Of a stretch of DNA of 64,000 nt, positions 30,701-44,800 are shown piece after piece. Where the stretch lies: NCBI GenBank assembly GCA_977016875.1, contig CDRNST010000239.1, positions 1,178,001 through 1,242,000 on the forward strand, read 5' to 3'. The translations under genes and the position numbers were made by a program. The stretch is from Pavona decussata (taxonomy: Eukaryota). The notes below the pieces were generated by a model. It searched no databases and had not been told where the DNA came from. It saw nothing but the letters and a program-made list of their open reading frames with translations. Position 1 is the stretch's first letter. The number at the start of each line of letters is the position of its first letter.

Positions 30701-33700
30701 TTAGTGTCTCATGGTGGAAAGACTCGTCAAGTGAAACCACCACAAGGTAAGAAATACGCAACAGAAAATAACAACTTTCTGTGGTGGGGGTTGTGGAATT
30801 CAGCAATCAAAATAATTATTATTACCATTTTGTGCCTGGTTGTCTAAAGCGATAACAATTTATCCATTGGCTAAATTGGTACCTGCAGCAGGGAAAATGT
30901 GCTGAAAAATGTCACCTTTTGAAGTTCTGTGAAATACAGATCAGACAAAATGCCATTTATAATCGTGCTTAGAGCTGTGTGGAAATCTTGCAAAATGCAT
31001 TTTTCGGGGTCCATTTGAAATTGACTGATGCCTACATGTAACTCGAATGCCATACCTACCAATTCCCTTCCTAGATAGCTTTGCCATATTGTACAAATTG
31101 AACAAATTGGAATCAGTGTTGTAGTAGTTCATTCCAAGTAACGTGAACTTTTGCTAACTTTCAAGTGACATTTTTGTTGGCATTGCCATATGATTGTAGT
31201 TGCCTAAAATCCCTTAGTACAGCACTGCACGGTGTTTTAATTAACTTAGTTAAATGTTTTTCTCACCTTGCTGTTGTCAGCTAAAAACCCTCCAGTCATC
31301 ATCCATCACCCTCAGTCCTGCGTGGTGCCCGTCGGTCACCCATTCAGCCTCCAATGTGAAGTTCTGGAATCACCAGTGGCATACCAGTGGTATAAAGATG
31401 GGTTTTTGCTTGTGGGAGAGACCAGACCCGCCTTGAATTTTCAGCCATTTAATTACAGAAATGAAGGCAACTATAGCTGCAGAGTGGAAAACAGTGCTGG
31501 CGACGCACTTAGTAACGTCGCAACATTAGAGGGTACAAATGGTAGGTGATTTGCTGTACTTTTTAATAACATGCAAAAGCTTGGATGCTCCAAACCAATA
31601 AATTTTTTAATTTGTAATAACTGAATTATTTTATCACTGTCAATCATTAATTATGATTGACAGTGAAAGTATTCTCAAAAATTCTAACTGCCCTGATATT
31701 GCACACTGTTAGTGACTTTTTTGTTCATCTCAAAACAAAAGGAATAAATAACAATTTTTTCCATGTTACAAATAAAGTGGAAGGTGACATATTTGTGCCA
31801 AAAGAATACTTTTTTATTGCAGTTGCAGCTGTAAATTTAAATTCTTGAGGTGATGAAAGCCTTCTAAAGAGATTTACACTGAAACAAACTGTTTTATGCC
31901 CATAGAAAAATAAAGAGAAATTACTCAGTGGCTCAAAATCGTTATTAATCCAGACAACGTGAAAGCAATATGAACCGGTGAACTAAAGTTCTGTTTACTT
32001 ACTGACGGCAGTGTAAACAGAACCACTTTTGAAAAAAAAGTGTAGCTGTATATGTAGGTACGCAGGGATTTTTTGAAAGTTATGCTTGCCGGGATTCTCT
32101 TAAAATAAATTATTATTGATGTGTTCATCAACCAGACACGAGGTCTGGATGGCAGAGACAGACTTCTTTTCTTTGTTCGTATGTATGTAAAGTTCGTACA
32201 CATGTGAACAGAGAAAAGAGACAAAGTGTTAATTACTGAACTTTGTGAGCTTGCCTTATTGAACAACGTTTTTTTCTATTAAGCAATTTCCATTTGAAAA
32301 TGTTAGCCAACACATACAGTCTGGATGAAAAGCAAGTGGTACAGATGAAAAAATCTAGACCACTTGTGAAACCAGCCATTTAATTCACCTGGGTCATACA
32401 GGGACGAGAAATTAAAATAATATAATTACGTCTCTAGTTGCTCAGCTAAGAAGAAGGAGAAATCTAAGGTTGTTAGTGTGAGGTGGTGTGTTTGACATCA
32501 TCAAGGTTATATACATGTACAACTAATTAACAAACCTGTGGATCTTAGACCTCAGATCAAACAGGCTGAGTTTAGAAATGTTGGTTTCCGTGGATGGAGG
32601 AAAACCAGAGAAAAACCCTCCAAACAAGGACAAGAACCAACAAACACAACAGCCGGGCATATGTCACTGTCTCGCCAACTTCAAGATAAAAATCAAGGTC
32701 AAGTTGGCGGGTGGTGAGTGCATGCTGCACCAACATTGCTCCTTTTAAATTTTCCTTTTGTTAATGAAATCCTTGAAAGGAGCCTGTGTCATTTTGTCAG
32801 TTTGGAATTTGGACCCAAAAGGGATATAAAAACATTGGAAATTGGGGAAACACCAATCCCTCTAATTCAATTGTGCTGGAGAAGATCTTTGAGAAATTAT
32901 TGCTTGTCTGCAAAGGCTTGCATGAAGATCTTGCAGGCCAATCAAGTTAAGGCAGATCCTTTAAGATGTAAAATCTTGAAGGCTTGTGCAGTTTCTTGGT
33001 AGCTCCTGCAAGATCCCAAAATTTTGCATAGACCACAACTAGCACTACAAGATTGTGATTTTTGTGAAAGCATGTTAATTTTGCAATATCCTTGTAAGAT
33101 CCTCATGAAACCCATGAGGATCTTAATTATTAAGATAAAACTACCAGAAGTACTCATAGACAAGGACCAATCCTTCATGGTTTTTGAAAGAACTTTTATT
33201 AATTTTTTTTTAATTTGTAATATAATGGTGTTATAATAATTATAACGCCTATTGTGACAGGAGTTGTTTTGTGTGGAAAGACAATGAAATAAATTTGTTT
33301 CATTCCTTTGACAGTATGCATTTAATTCTGATTTGATTTCATTTTTTGTTATTTGTTAGCCTCAGGTCCTGATGGATACAGTCCTCTGTACAATCAGTCA
33401 GGTAGGATTGATAATGAAATTAATTTGTATTGTATATTAATAATAACATGTTGTACCCATCAGAACTTAAAATGGAAGTCTTAAAACACAGTATGTGGAT
33501 TTCTTGGATATTTGTGCTTCACACCTTGAGGCAAAGTTACTCATACATTTGCATGTGGGCCTAAACTCTTTCGGGAAATATTGCCCCTGACAAGAATGTT
33601 TTATCCAGTGCTTTGAAATGAAATTTTTCAAAATACTTACATGTAGTTGTATTGTACTGTCTTCTTTGACTTCAGCAGTACATGGCAGATCACCCCAGCT

Positions 33701-36700
33701 CACCCAAAAAGGTAAGGATTTGATGTGTAATCTCAGTTTTTCAGAATGCAAGATATGTTCACAGAGCTAATAGAACTCAGCTTCCTATTCTAGTGTAGGG
33801 CTGTGTAACTTTAAGTAATGCTGTGAATAAGATAATAAGTGGTTAAAAAAAATAACAAATTTTACCTTTTATTCACTATAACTCATTTGACTTTCTTTTC
33901 AATGGTTTTCCTCAGCCACAGACAAGATTGCTCTTGTCATTGGTAACCGTGACTATGTGCGCTTGCCAATCGATGAAAGTCCCCTGGTTCACACCTGCAG
34001 TGATGCAAAGATGCTTGCATCAATTTTACGGAAGCCAGAAATGGGTTTCAAAGTGATCTCCCTTATGAACCTGACAAGGGAGGAGATGTATGCGGCACTT
34101 CACATCTTTTACAGCCTCCTTGGTGAGGGAGTGTATGGCTTGGTGTACTTCGCAGGGCATGGATTTGAGGAGGGAGGGCAGAATTACTTGGTTCCTGTTG
34201 ATACTGTAGGGGAATGGTTGCCGCAGGATGCTGTGTGTGCTCAGAAAATGTTGGACGAGATGAACAGATACCAGACAGAGTTGATTGTCTTTCTTTTGGA
34301 CATTTGTCGTAAGAGGTACATGAACATAATTACATCTTTGTCCATATTTGTAAAATTATCTGTGACATTGTGTTACTCCAGGAAATGGAAATGTCCATTC
34401 CCCACCACCCCCCCCCCCCGGAAGATTTTTGGTTTCAACCCAATCCCTCCCCCCCCCCCCCCTCGCAATCCGCAAAAATTCTGGTGCTGGGCTAGTACAT
34501 CGAAAAGCGATCTGAAAAGTCATTTGGGGATGGTTATACTTTCAGCCCTTCAATAATGAAATAGCTTGTAATAATTACGCGGGATGCCCTGAAGGGGCAT
34601 ACCGTGTCTAAAAACAAGTCGATTTCTTTTTTTTTTTTTTTTTTCTTCCTCGTAGCCACAAATCCGTACATTAATTTATTCATTAAACCCTCCCTTCTCC
34701 TACTCCGGATGTATTGTTCTGATTGTCTTCAACAGAAGCAGGCCAATCAAAATCCATTCTTGTCGCTTACACCGCGAGGGAGAAGACCCACTCACCCCTA
34801 CCTGTGTGACGTCAACGCATCATTTGATATATTTATTAAAAACGGATTAAATTGTCGCGCCATATTGTTAACATGTTGTGGACTCAAGTGTGCCGTTTTC
34901 AAACAGAAATTTCACCATTTTGAAGCGGTAAATCGAAAGAATAACTTCTAAGAAGCACCCGACATTTAAAACGGTGGAAATTGGAGAGTTCCTGGCGAAG
35001 GAATCGTGCTTTGTTTGACAGTCTTGGACCACAACGCAAGACTGAAAAGAGGTCATTGAGAAGCTTACGTTATCGTAATGGAATTTTACAAATTTCCGGT
35101 GATAGTCTGAGTCGCGTAACACAAAGGAAACAACGTAACGTGATCGTCGTGACTCAAACTATTCCATTAGCAAGGACAGTTTTATAAATCGGGGAAGCAT
35201 ACAGTTGGAAAAAATGAATCAGCCCCAGCATCACACGTAATGCCAGTATAGCAGGCATCTTGTTATTGTTGTTATAAGCTATTAATTATTATTATAAGCT
35301 ATTTCATTAGGAACCCCACTGTTAGACTAACCCAACTTAGATGTATTTTTAGTATGTAGTTATACAATATTATATATCAATTCAATAGTAAATGAAAGTC
35401 AATTTTTTCTTCAGAACAAATGCAGAAACAAGTTTTGCTTTCAAGAGCTACGAGTTCCCATACGATGCACAAGCTGTCTTGGGATTTGCCACGTAAGTTA
35501 ACTACATAAAATTTAAATTTTTTCACTGCACCAGTCAGTTGTTTTACACACATGATTTCATGTGTTAAAGGTGTGTGTGGCAAGAATTGCAATGCAGCCA
35601 TTTCTCATTTTCATTGTCATTGATGACAACTTAATTTTGTCTGCTCAATCTAGTTAAAAATAATAATAGGTTTTTTAGTTTGTCATTTCTAAGTTCCTCT
35701 TGTTGATATAAGTTCTTAAACTCATTTAATAATTCATGAAGATGAAAACTACAAAGGCAGTTGGAAATGTGATCTTATTAGTTGAGACCAATTTCAACAT
35801 ATTAAAAGCTGCGAGACTTAGAAGAGTAAACAACAGAAATTACATTGAGGCTCAGAGATAAAATTTTTTTAATATAATTATTGAAGTTGGTCCATTGGTC
35901 TTTTGCTTTGAATTGCTCCTAGAATTTTATTAATGGTTTGAGAACCTATGCTGTATATCAAACACTCAATTGAAAAGAGTGCTACATCCAATTTCCAAAC
36001 ACCTCAAAGAAGTTGGGTGAAAAACTGAGCCACGCCTCATTTTTTCAACCTACTTATCTGTGTTTGGAAATTTGATGAAGAATTCATCATAATGCTTGAT
36101 ATATTATGATAAATTAAATAATTATGTTGACTCTGTTAATTTGTCTGACAGGGTTCCTCATTCAGAAGCTTATGAAAGAAGACAAGATCCAAATGGAATG
36201 TACATGAAACACCTGTTGAAACATGTCATGAATGACGTCAAGGTTGAGGATGTCTTACATCAAGTTGCAGCAGGTGATAGGCTGTTAAAATACAATGATT
36301 ATGGAACTCCTGCTTTGTCCTGGGGGAGGGGGGGAAGGGGGTGGGGGAGTGAAATCTTTGCCAGATTTTTTTTTGTTGGTGGGGGGTGGGGCGAGTAAGA
36401 TTCAGGGAGGTATCTTGTACTAATAAAAATTTCATAATATTATTTGTACAAATAAACTGGGTGTTTTGGTGATATGAGTAATGAGACATTGTCAACCCAT
36501 GGTCAAAAACTCTGGTGAATTGCATCTGAGTTAACAAAAAGCCATCTGAAAGTCATTTGGGTCGGTTATGTTCTTATCCCTTCAAGTATGGTACTTAGCA
36601 AATACTCATTCTGGACAATAATTATTAGGTCTCCAGTACACTACTTACCAAGCTGCAGTATGTCAGTTCTGCAAAATCTATCTTTTCTGGTTTATTGCTG

Positions 36701-39700
36701 ACAAAATTAATATAATTAATAACAATTAACTTTCCTTGATTTCCAACTGTTTGTTAGATGTTGAAGCTGAGGTGAAGACCAATCAGTGGGTAGAGAGGCA
36801 ACGTCCACAGTACCACACCACCACCACCGGCAATTACAGCTTGTGTGATCCCATTGTACCAGACCAGTATTCAGATGCACGGCAAAGACTGTGGCATGAC
36901 ATTCACAGTAAGTGAACATGTCACCTTCAATTGAGTCATTGGGTGCATTTCTTTGGGAAAATCCGAATCCGGATTTTTTATCCAAGATCACTTGGGTCAT
37001 GGTGTATCAAAGGAACCAACAAATCCACTCTGGGTAAGGATTCGTTGGTTCCTTTGATGCACCATGATCCCAATGATCTTGGATCAAAAATCTGGATTCA
37101 GATCCATTACATGTAGGTATACTGTTGCACAGGGGTGGGGGTTTTAAGCCTGTCACTGGATGGAATGCAAATAATTTGTAGTTATTGATGACTGTATAAA
37201 AATGATCAATACTTTACAAGGTGATTCTAGCCATTCAAATGAAAGTAGCAGTTTAGAAATATGGGGCTCCATCTCGTAAGGGAATAACTCAGCTTCATTA
37301 AGGGTACATTCTTTTGGGGCTATTCCAGCTATTCTTATTCAGGTTTAGGAATAACAGAATACACAGAATTTCAATTTCGAAAAGAACGCTCCTAAAATCT
37401 GGAAATGGAATACCCATGGCGGAGGTGATCTGAGAACTACTATGTCTGCGCACGCGAGCCGCAACATAGGATTTCCTGCCAAAAATTTCCCAAAAGAATG
37501 CATATTGTGTGTATTCCGATAACTGCATTCCTTCTATTCTGTTCATTCTGTTATCGGGAGCAGAATGAACAGAATGATATCCTTGTCTAGATAATCAGAT
37601 GCTTGGATGAACAGAATGATATTCTGTTTATTCCAAAAACGGAATAGCACCCAAAAGAACACAAATATCATCTATTCCGAGTATTCCTATTCCGGAATAG
37701 TCCCAAAACAACTCACCCTAAGCTTAGCTTAGCCTTCTGATTCAGATTTCCTTAGAACTTTAAAGAAAATCTGGATGTCAGATGTTATTGAGAATAGAGG
37801 TAGTGACTAATGTTACAGTGTGCTAGCCAAGGATAATTTTTAATAGTGAAACTGGGAGTACTTTCCATTTGCCAGAACTGGCCAATCTGGCCTGCTATAG
37901 TCTGTAAATCAAATGCACTATTTTGAAAGAATGGTACTACAAAATGTTGAAAAATAACTTATTTTGAAGATTGAAATTCAAAGGACTAGGATAAAAATTC
38001 TCCTTAAAATAAGTACATTCTGTTCACAAACTGACTGGTCTGGCCGACCAGCTCTGACAGATGGAAAACGCCCTGGGTTGTAATTATTACAACTTGCTCC
38101 CCAAAACAGAGGAAGAGCTCTTTGAGAGAGTGAGAGGATGGACGTCAGTACTAACTGTCACATTGATTCTCCAAAGAGAGGAATGTCTTCTAAATTTATC
38201 AAACATAATTTGTTGATTGTAAAGATACATGTTTGATGTTTCTTAACATAACAATCATGACTGTCTGGTTGAAACCTTAAAATTTGACTAGTTTAGTATC
38301 ATTTGGTACTGTTTTGAGTCTATGGGTTAAATTACAAAAATAATTATTATTAACAATTTTCCAGTGAACTAGAAACCTGTAATAATTCTGTGTGTAATAA
38401 GATATGGTAAAGCTTGCTTGGCATGAAACTCTATTCCTCTTTTAATTAATAACCTGTGGAGGGACCAAAGGAATTGATGAAAACCCTTGATTGGACACTA
38501 CTTCCAAATTGTTCGGGGTTTTTTCCCTCTGTATTTCTGTAAGCATAACAATCTCTTTTTTTTACTTCTTGCAGAGCTCCCACAGAAGCGAGACATCAAG
38601 ATTGAATCAGGCATCAAGATAGAGGCCAGCTTTGAACACCTGAACTGGCTGTCCAATGCAATTGTGCTGTGTTTGAGAGTGATAGACCTGGGTGAAGCAA
38701 CGTTCTGTGATGCCAGCTTGATGCTACAAAACTTGCCCTTTGTAAGTTTAATTTATAAATTAAACTGCTTTTTGTTTCAGTTGAGGCTTTTGGTAGAGTG
38801 TAAGTAAAACATTTGTTAACTGAAATATATAGTTTTCTGCTTGAAATCATGTCTGGATGGGTGTCGACACTCAGTTACATGTATGTACAAAGCTGAATTT
38901 TAGCTGTTTGCTCACGGCAAAACTTTTTCTTTATCGACTGTGAAATTAGCATGTATCAAAACAAGGTGTCTGGAAATGGCATGTTTCTGTGAGGGGTATG
39001 ACCTTAGCCAGGACATTTTGTCCTACACTATTTGTCTCTTACAACTAAAGGCTGTTGTTTATTAATGGATGTTGGCAGAAGCTTTGAAAATACTCTATCC
39101 ATGATGTGTTTTAAAATGATTAAATTTCTGAATATTGTGTATCATCTTTAATGTATTTATGTTGTATTTTTTGGTTAATGGCAAAATAAATGAATTGAAT
39201 TGAATTGATATTTTAGGATGTGCAGAACATTCACTTCCATCCATCTACAACCAACATACTGAGACAAGTTGTGCAGGTAGGATTCTGGTTTTAAAAAGTC
39301 ACATATTAGCCTGATGCAAACTCAAGGGATTTTAAACATGTAACTACTGTTCTATGTACTATATCTTTGCACGGTTTAAAGAGTCTCTTTGAGTTCATGA
39401 ATGCAGAGTACCCCATGAATGAGGAAGCCCAGTTTGGATCTGCACTTCTTCACCACAGAGAATTGTTTTGCAACAAGTATGTTATCCCCTAAACTGTGGC
39501 TTCCCACTTACATTCATTTACTTATCTTCCATGATTCCATCTGCGGTGCTCAAGCTACTGTTTTAGAACAAAGAAATACCTTTACGCACCTTTTTTTAGC
39601 ATTTTAAAACCACGAGGCAGCCAAACTGGGATCTGCACTTCTTGAACACTGGCAGAGAATTGTCTTGCAAAACATGTTACCTTAAAGCTTTGGCATTCCG

Positions 39701-40723
39701 TCTGATTCCATCTGCACTAAAGCTATTCTTTAAGAACAATAGACAAGTATACCATTATAAAGTAATTTTCTGTTAGAGTATGTAGCATTTTAAACAAATG
39801 CTTTAAACAGATGAAAATAGTTTTACTATTATTTACCCTCACCAGAAGTCTCCTGAGGCTCAGAATGGAATTGTTGCTCGGTGCTCACCCATGGAGCACG
39901 CCAGGCCTTCCAAAAGCCCTGTGGAGAGGATTAGTGACATCTACAACATACAAAGACTCAAGGTAAACAAACAGAAAGCTGGCAAGGGAACTCCCTTAAT
40001 ATTAATGTTTATTTCATCCTTACAACACCCCAGATGGAGGTGCACTGATGTATTAGCTAAGTGGTTAGTTCTTCGGACTCACATTCAATTGAACAGTCAT
40101 TTGCTGTATTGTTTCTTTTGACAAGGAACAATAATGCTCCACGTAATTTACATCTCTAATCATCCAGTTGTTTAAATTGGTACAACAAAGTACTACTGGG
40201 GCTAACCCTGTGATGGGGGGGGGGGGGGGGCACTTGTTTCATGATAGTTGCTTCCCACTATAGATTGAAACAGGCTGACAATGGAGTGTGGTTACAAAGA
40301 TTACTATCAGTGATTAAAATGCAAATAAATAAATAATAAAAGAAGTTACTCTTGACAGTAGCACTGGGATTAAAATTAATATTGTGCAGTTCCAGAAAAA
40401 ATCCATAGCCACCCCAACTCAGATTTCTTTTTACCGAGTGTGCCCGTGTCAGTGACTGAAAAATACATTATTCTCACAGTAGCTAAGTTCTTTCTTCAAA
40501 TCAGGAGTCTGGCATGCTAACCTCCGCACCCACCTCCACACTGTTTAAAGGAATAACGTCCACAACCTAATAAGTTTTCTCATTTTATTCTCAGCACCCG
40601 CTTGCACTGACAATCACTGTCAAATATGTGCTTAAAGGATCCCATGAGGAACGAACCAAGCACACTGTGGAAGTGTTCAATTTCAAGGAGTTTGGAATTG
40701 CTGCAGCTTTCTTTAAGGACTGA
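24784..40723 (+). CDS. MALT1: MALT1-like type 1 paracaspase, paralog B (complete, 14 coding exons)
   Basis: Phase-compatible exons: 24784-24924 and 27388-27544 (death domain), 29342-29605 (Ig1), 30705-30746, 31281-31541 (Ig2), 33360-33401, 33676-33711, 33916-34315 (DKIALVIGN..YFAGHG..LDICRK), 35415-35492 (AVLGFAT), 36152-36273 (EAYE..NGMYMKHL), 36758-36907, 38575-38741, 39217-39276, 39846-39962 (IQRLK), and 40595-40723 ending in TGA. Counting every segment listed gives 15; one or more linker microexons may be skipped. Confidence 0.92.
27640..27939. mobile_element. Penelope-type palindromic non-autonomous element with degenerate hammerhead cores
   Basis: Inverted repeat 27640-27868 containing gctgacgtttcgagcgttag / gacgaagggcttatgtttgaaatgtcagc, a one-sided tail, and a flanking 14-bp direct repeat TACTATTTGGGAGA (27626-27639, 27940-27953). 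Confidence 0.7.
28263..28590. other. assembly gap
   Basis: Run of N. Confidence 1.
34574..35241. mobile_element. non-autonomous DNA element in an intron
   Basis: attacgcgggatgc...gcatcacacgtaat (2 mismatches); the interior is CpG-rich relative to the surrounding intron. Confidence 0.45.
37298..37721. mobile_element. MITE with internal TATTC/GAATA repeats
   Basis: taagggtacattcttttgggg...cccaaaacaactcaccctaa imperfect TIR. Confidence 0.55.
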
Positions 40724-41723
40724 AAACTGTCATTGATGGTTGTTGTCCTGAAAAATTATGTACCATGAATAGCTAAGCACTTTGTTGAGGTGTTTAATTT
40801 CAAAGATTTCAGAACTGCCAAAACATTATTTAATGAGTAAACACTTATTGGTGATTGATATTCAAGTGTGTACAGGTAGATTCTGAAGATTTGGCACCGG
40901 TATATAGTGAAGGGCATTGTAGATTTATTATTGATAGATTTCATTATTAATAACTAGCAATTCTTATTACTTAATAGCCTATTCACCTAGTATACTGGAT
41001 ACTGCAGGGAACAAAATTCATTTTTCCCTGGACTGTACACTTCAATATTTAAAGGTGACCTCCATTACTGTCATAAGAAGCTGGTTATGGAGGCAACCAT
41101 GACAGCCAACTGGCTGGCAACATGACTGGTATTAAAACTAAGCTTGAAAAATTGTGACATTAACTATGGAAGACTACATGTATCTTGATGGAGTTGATGA
41201 CTGCCTAACTGGTACTTACCTTGTGGAAACGTCTTTTAGACTGTTGATGAAGTTTGTGCGGTGCGAAGAGACCAGCAAACTGTCCATGTCTTCTGTATGC
41301 ATGATTTGATTCATGTGGTGGTGTGCAGTCAGCACCAGTAATGTTGGTGTTGTATAATATTTTGTGATTGCTATAAATAGGTTCATATAGAGCAGTTATA
41401 TATATATTTTAATACACATGGCGTAATAGATCTTTACTCTAACATGTTGAAGTAATGTTTAAAACAGGAGCAGCAGTGTTTTATCGGGATTTAAAACTAC
41501 AAGGCGCAGCCAAGTGGTTTTAAGCCTGATAAAACACATGCTGCAAGTTTTTTGAATGGTTTCAAAAACATTCCTGGAAAAGTGTGTGTCAAGAGAGTTC
41601 ATAACAAGTTTTAAAACCACTGCACGTGATGTTTTATCGACCATTTGATAGGTCAATAGACTTATGAATTATTATGCGTTTTTAAAGGTGGCAGGAAAAT
41701 GTTCAGTATGGTGGTGGAAAGTG

Positions 41724-42364
41724 CAGAAGGGTGCGATTATGGTTAAATCGGAGAATAGCAAAAAATGAGTTTTGAGATACGATTCTTCCGATTCTCCGAT
41801 TTTTCTACTTGGCACGATTCTCCGATTATTCCGATTCTTCCGATTATACGATTCTTCTCGAAACAAGCGCACTACACATGAATATATCTCGTTCTTTAAT
41901 CCATTAGCTGAAACAAGCGCGCGCACTACACATGAATATATCTCGTTCTTTAAATTAGCCGAAACAAGCGCACTGCACATGAATATATCTCGTTCTTAAG
42001 GCAAAATCGTACAGTCGGAAGAATCGTGGAATCGGACAATCACTTCTAAAGTCTCTTAAGGTAAAATCGTAGAATCGGAAGAATCGCAGAATCGGATAAT
42101 CATTTCTAAAGTGTCTTATGGTAAAATCGTAGAATCGGAAGAATCGTAGAATCGGATAATCATTTCTAAAGGCTCTTATGGTAGAATCGGAAGAATCGTA
42201 GAATCGGATAATCATTTCTAAAGTCTCTTAAGCTAAAATCGTAGAATAGGAAGAATCGGAGACTTCAATCGTAAAATAGGTAAAAACCTTAGTGGTAAAT
42301 CGTAGAATAGTACGCCTAAATCGGACATACTATTCTCCGATTTAGCCATAATCGCACTGCTCTC
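41724..42364. mobile_element. non-autonomous hAT-like element with subterminal tandem repeats
   Basis: ~35-bp TIR (gtgcgattatggttaaatcggagaatag / ctattctccgatttagccataatcgcac); 8-bp duplication GGAAAGTG at 41716-41723 and 42365-42372; ~60-bp tandem units built from AATCGG/AATCGT motifs. Confidence 0.8.
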
Positions 42365-44607
42365 GGAAAGTGGCTTATTTTGTCTAGTGCTCAGTCAACG
42401 TGTCCAATGTACTTGCATTCGTACACATTTGTTAAACAGATTACCTCCTGTTGAACCTCTGTGAAGGAGAGCTAAAGCATTTAGGAAACTGCAATATTAT
42501 TATCATCTAATGGTAGTTATTTCATACAGTGAAAAAGATACTTGTGAATGGTTGATTGAAAATAAAAAATCGTTAACATTAAGGTCATTTTTTTAGCATT
42601 TGATCAGTGCACTACACTCTTTTTTTATAAGCACATATAGTTTTGGGGTTGAAGCTGAACAGTATTTTCTTAATTTTTTTGGCAATTTGAGGCTGAAAAC
42701 TTCTTTAAGATCTACTTCTTAATAAGTTTTCAATAAATCTATGTGGACGTGACCAAGACACCTATTATTTGGGTTAATTGGACAGAATTTTTATGTAACA
42801 TTATTTTGTCCATATTTAAACTGTTTGGTTGGAATAAAAATGTTCTTAACTGACCCTTAGCCTGGGTAATGTTCTTAGTAAGTTCTTTTAAAAACATTTA
42901 ATCTCAGCCTCAACATTGTTATAAAAAAGAGTGTAGTTTGCCAGGAAACTATCAGTAGAAATACAGGATCTAGTTTAATTCTAAACTGAAGTGGTCTCTA
43001 TTAAGTCCAGATCACTGAAAACTAAGCTTGACCTTTGGATGACTGGAAAAGAGTACCCAACATGAAGCAAAAAGTAAAGAATTCTCAATTCAAGACAGTA
43101 TTAATAATTATTTGCTGACTATGGTTAGTTTTTCCCTTACAATGTTCCCCTTCTTTGAAAGAACAAAGAACAGTAATAATGCTTCTTTTGTCCTTTTCAA
43201 GGGGGTCACCACATCACATAAGCTGCCCAGTTTCTAAGTAACTGGCCTCACAAACGTGTACTTTTAGTACTAATATTTTAGCTTTATCATTTTGCTTTTC
43301 TGATTGTATTTTTTTCTGTCTTTTTTCATTTTATTTATTATAATTTTTTTTACTCATGGCAAAACAAGAAATACTTACTGGTAAAAGTACCAAGTCAACA
43401 CTCTGTTGTCATTATAATTATATTTGAATTGAATATTGGGCATTAAGCTATAATCATGTATAATCTTAGTATTAATGGTGTTTTTATAATATTGTAATTT
43501 ATATTAAACAAAATAAATGATCAGTGTTAAAAAATAACAAGAATTTTCAATTGTTTCTTGTTGTACTACTATTTATTGTAACCCTATATTTCTTGGAGGC
43601 TAATTCAGTGGAGGGTTATACTGAAACACTAATTCACTGTTGCGTGGGAAGTCAGAGTGAGAAATATTGAGATGAAATGGAATTGGCGAGATGCTGAATG
43701 AGGGAGAAATGGGCCGTTAGCAGCTACTGGTCACATGGTACAAAATCAACCTTGCTAAAGAGCAAGGTTGATTTTGGGACATCCAAAATAAAGCGACTTC
43801 AACCAGTCAAACTTGAATTTTCTTTGTTTAGGATTGTCCCAGTATGTAGCTTGCTCTCAAGCATGATGTATTTTGTACCATGTGACCGTTAGCTGCAAAG
43901 GGCCCATTGCAAGATAAAGCTGCAATATTAGAGAGATTTAGTATTGCATTTATGGCAAACACGAGATTTGCATTATTTTGTGTTTCCTTGAAAAAATAAG
44001 TACACAGATAAGAGTGGTGCAAAATAATTCTGGCCTTTAATGCTAACGCAAAACTACTCAATTTTACTGGGAAACAGAAAACAGCGAGCGACAAATACAA
44101 GGTAAACATGGTCACATGTTCATTATTGCTGTTTGGCGTAAACGTAATTCTAAATATCTCTTTGGTGTTATGACATAAAGATCTGAATATACCCCCCTCC
44201 TGCAAGAAAAAAATTCAGCGACTACATGTATAATGGTCCTCTCAAGGGAAGTTCATGGACTTTAAGCGGGGGGGGGGGGGGGGGGGGGGGAAACAAGGCC
44301 TCACTGAAAATATACTTAAGCTCCGCAGTTCCCCTAACAGTCAAAGTTTTTGGATCCCTGTTCTAGTTGTTTAATTTTCGTCCTAGAACAGTCAGTGACT
44401 TTGTATATATCAACTGCATTTGCACCAGAACGGTATGAATTAAAGCTACTCAGAGCCTATTGTTTCACTCTGTTGTTTTCAACAACATAACTGAAGTCTC
44501 CTGATCATTTTGTACCTGTATGTATGGCTTCCTTGATTGCTGAGTATCTTGCATTGACTTGAAAGAGAGGAGAAGATAGACAGCACAAAGAATGCATTGC
44601 TTTACCC

Positions 44608-44800
44608 AATAGGCCTTTGTCACCTGGCAGCCATGTTGAGTCTCAGAAGAATAAAAAGCTTTGTTTTGTTTTTGTTTTGTTTTTTTTCACGGCAAGCCTC
44701 GCCCAGATGCAAATTCAGTGCAAGGCTTACTGTGCAAAAACAAAGGTTTTTATTCTCCTGAGACTCAACATGCATGGCTGCCAAGTGACAAAGGTCTATT
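44608..44800. mobile_element. MITE hairpin
   Basis: aataggcctttgtcacctggcagccatg...catggctgccaagtgacaaaggtctatt. Confidence 0.7.

Noticed and set aside
41780-42310. CRISPR-like regular repeats (also 53868-54037)
   Set aside because: No unique spacers or cas genes, eukaryotic context, and the repeats lie inside TIR-bounded elements.
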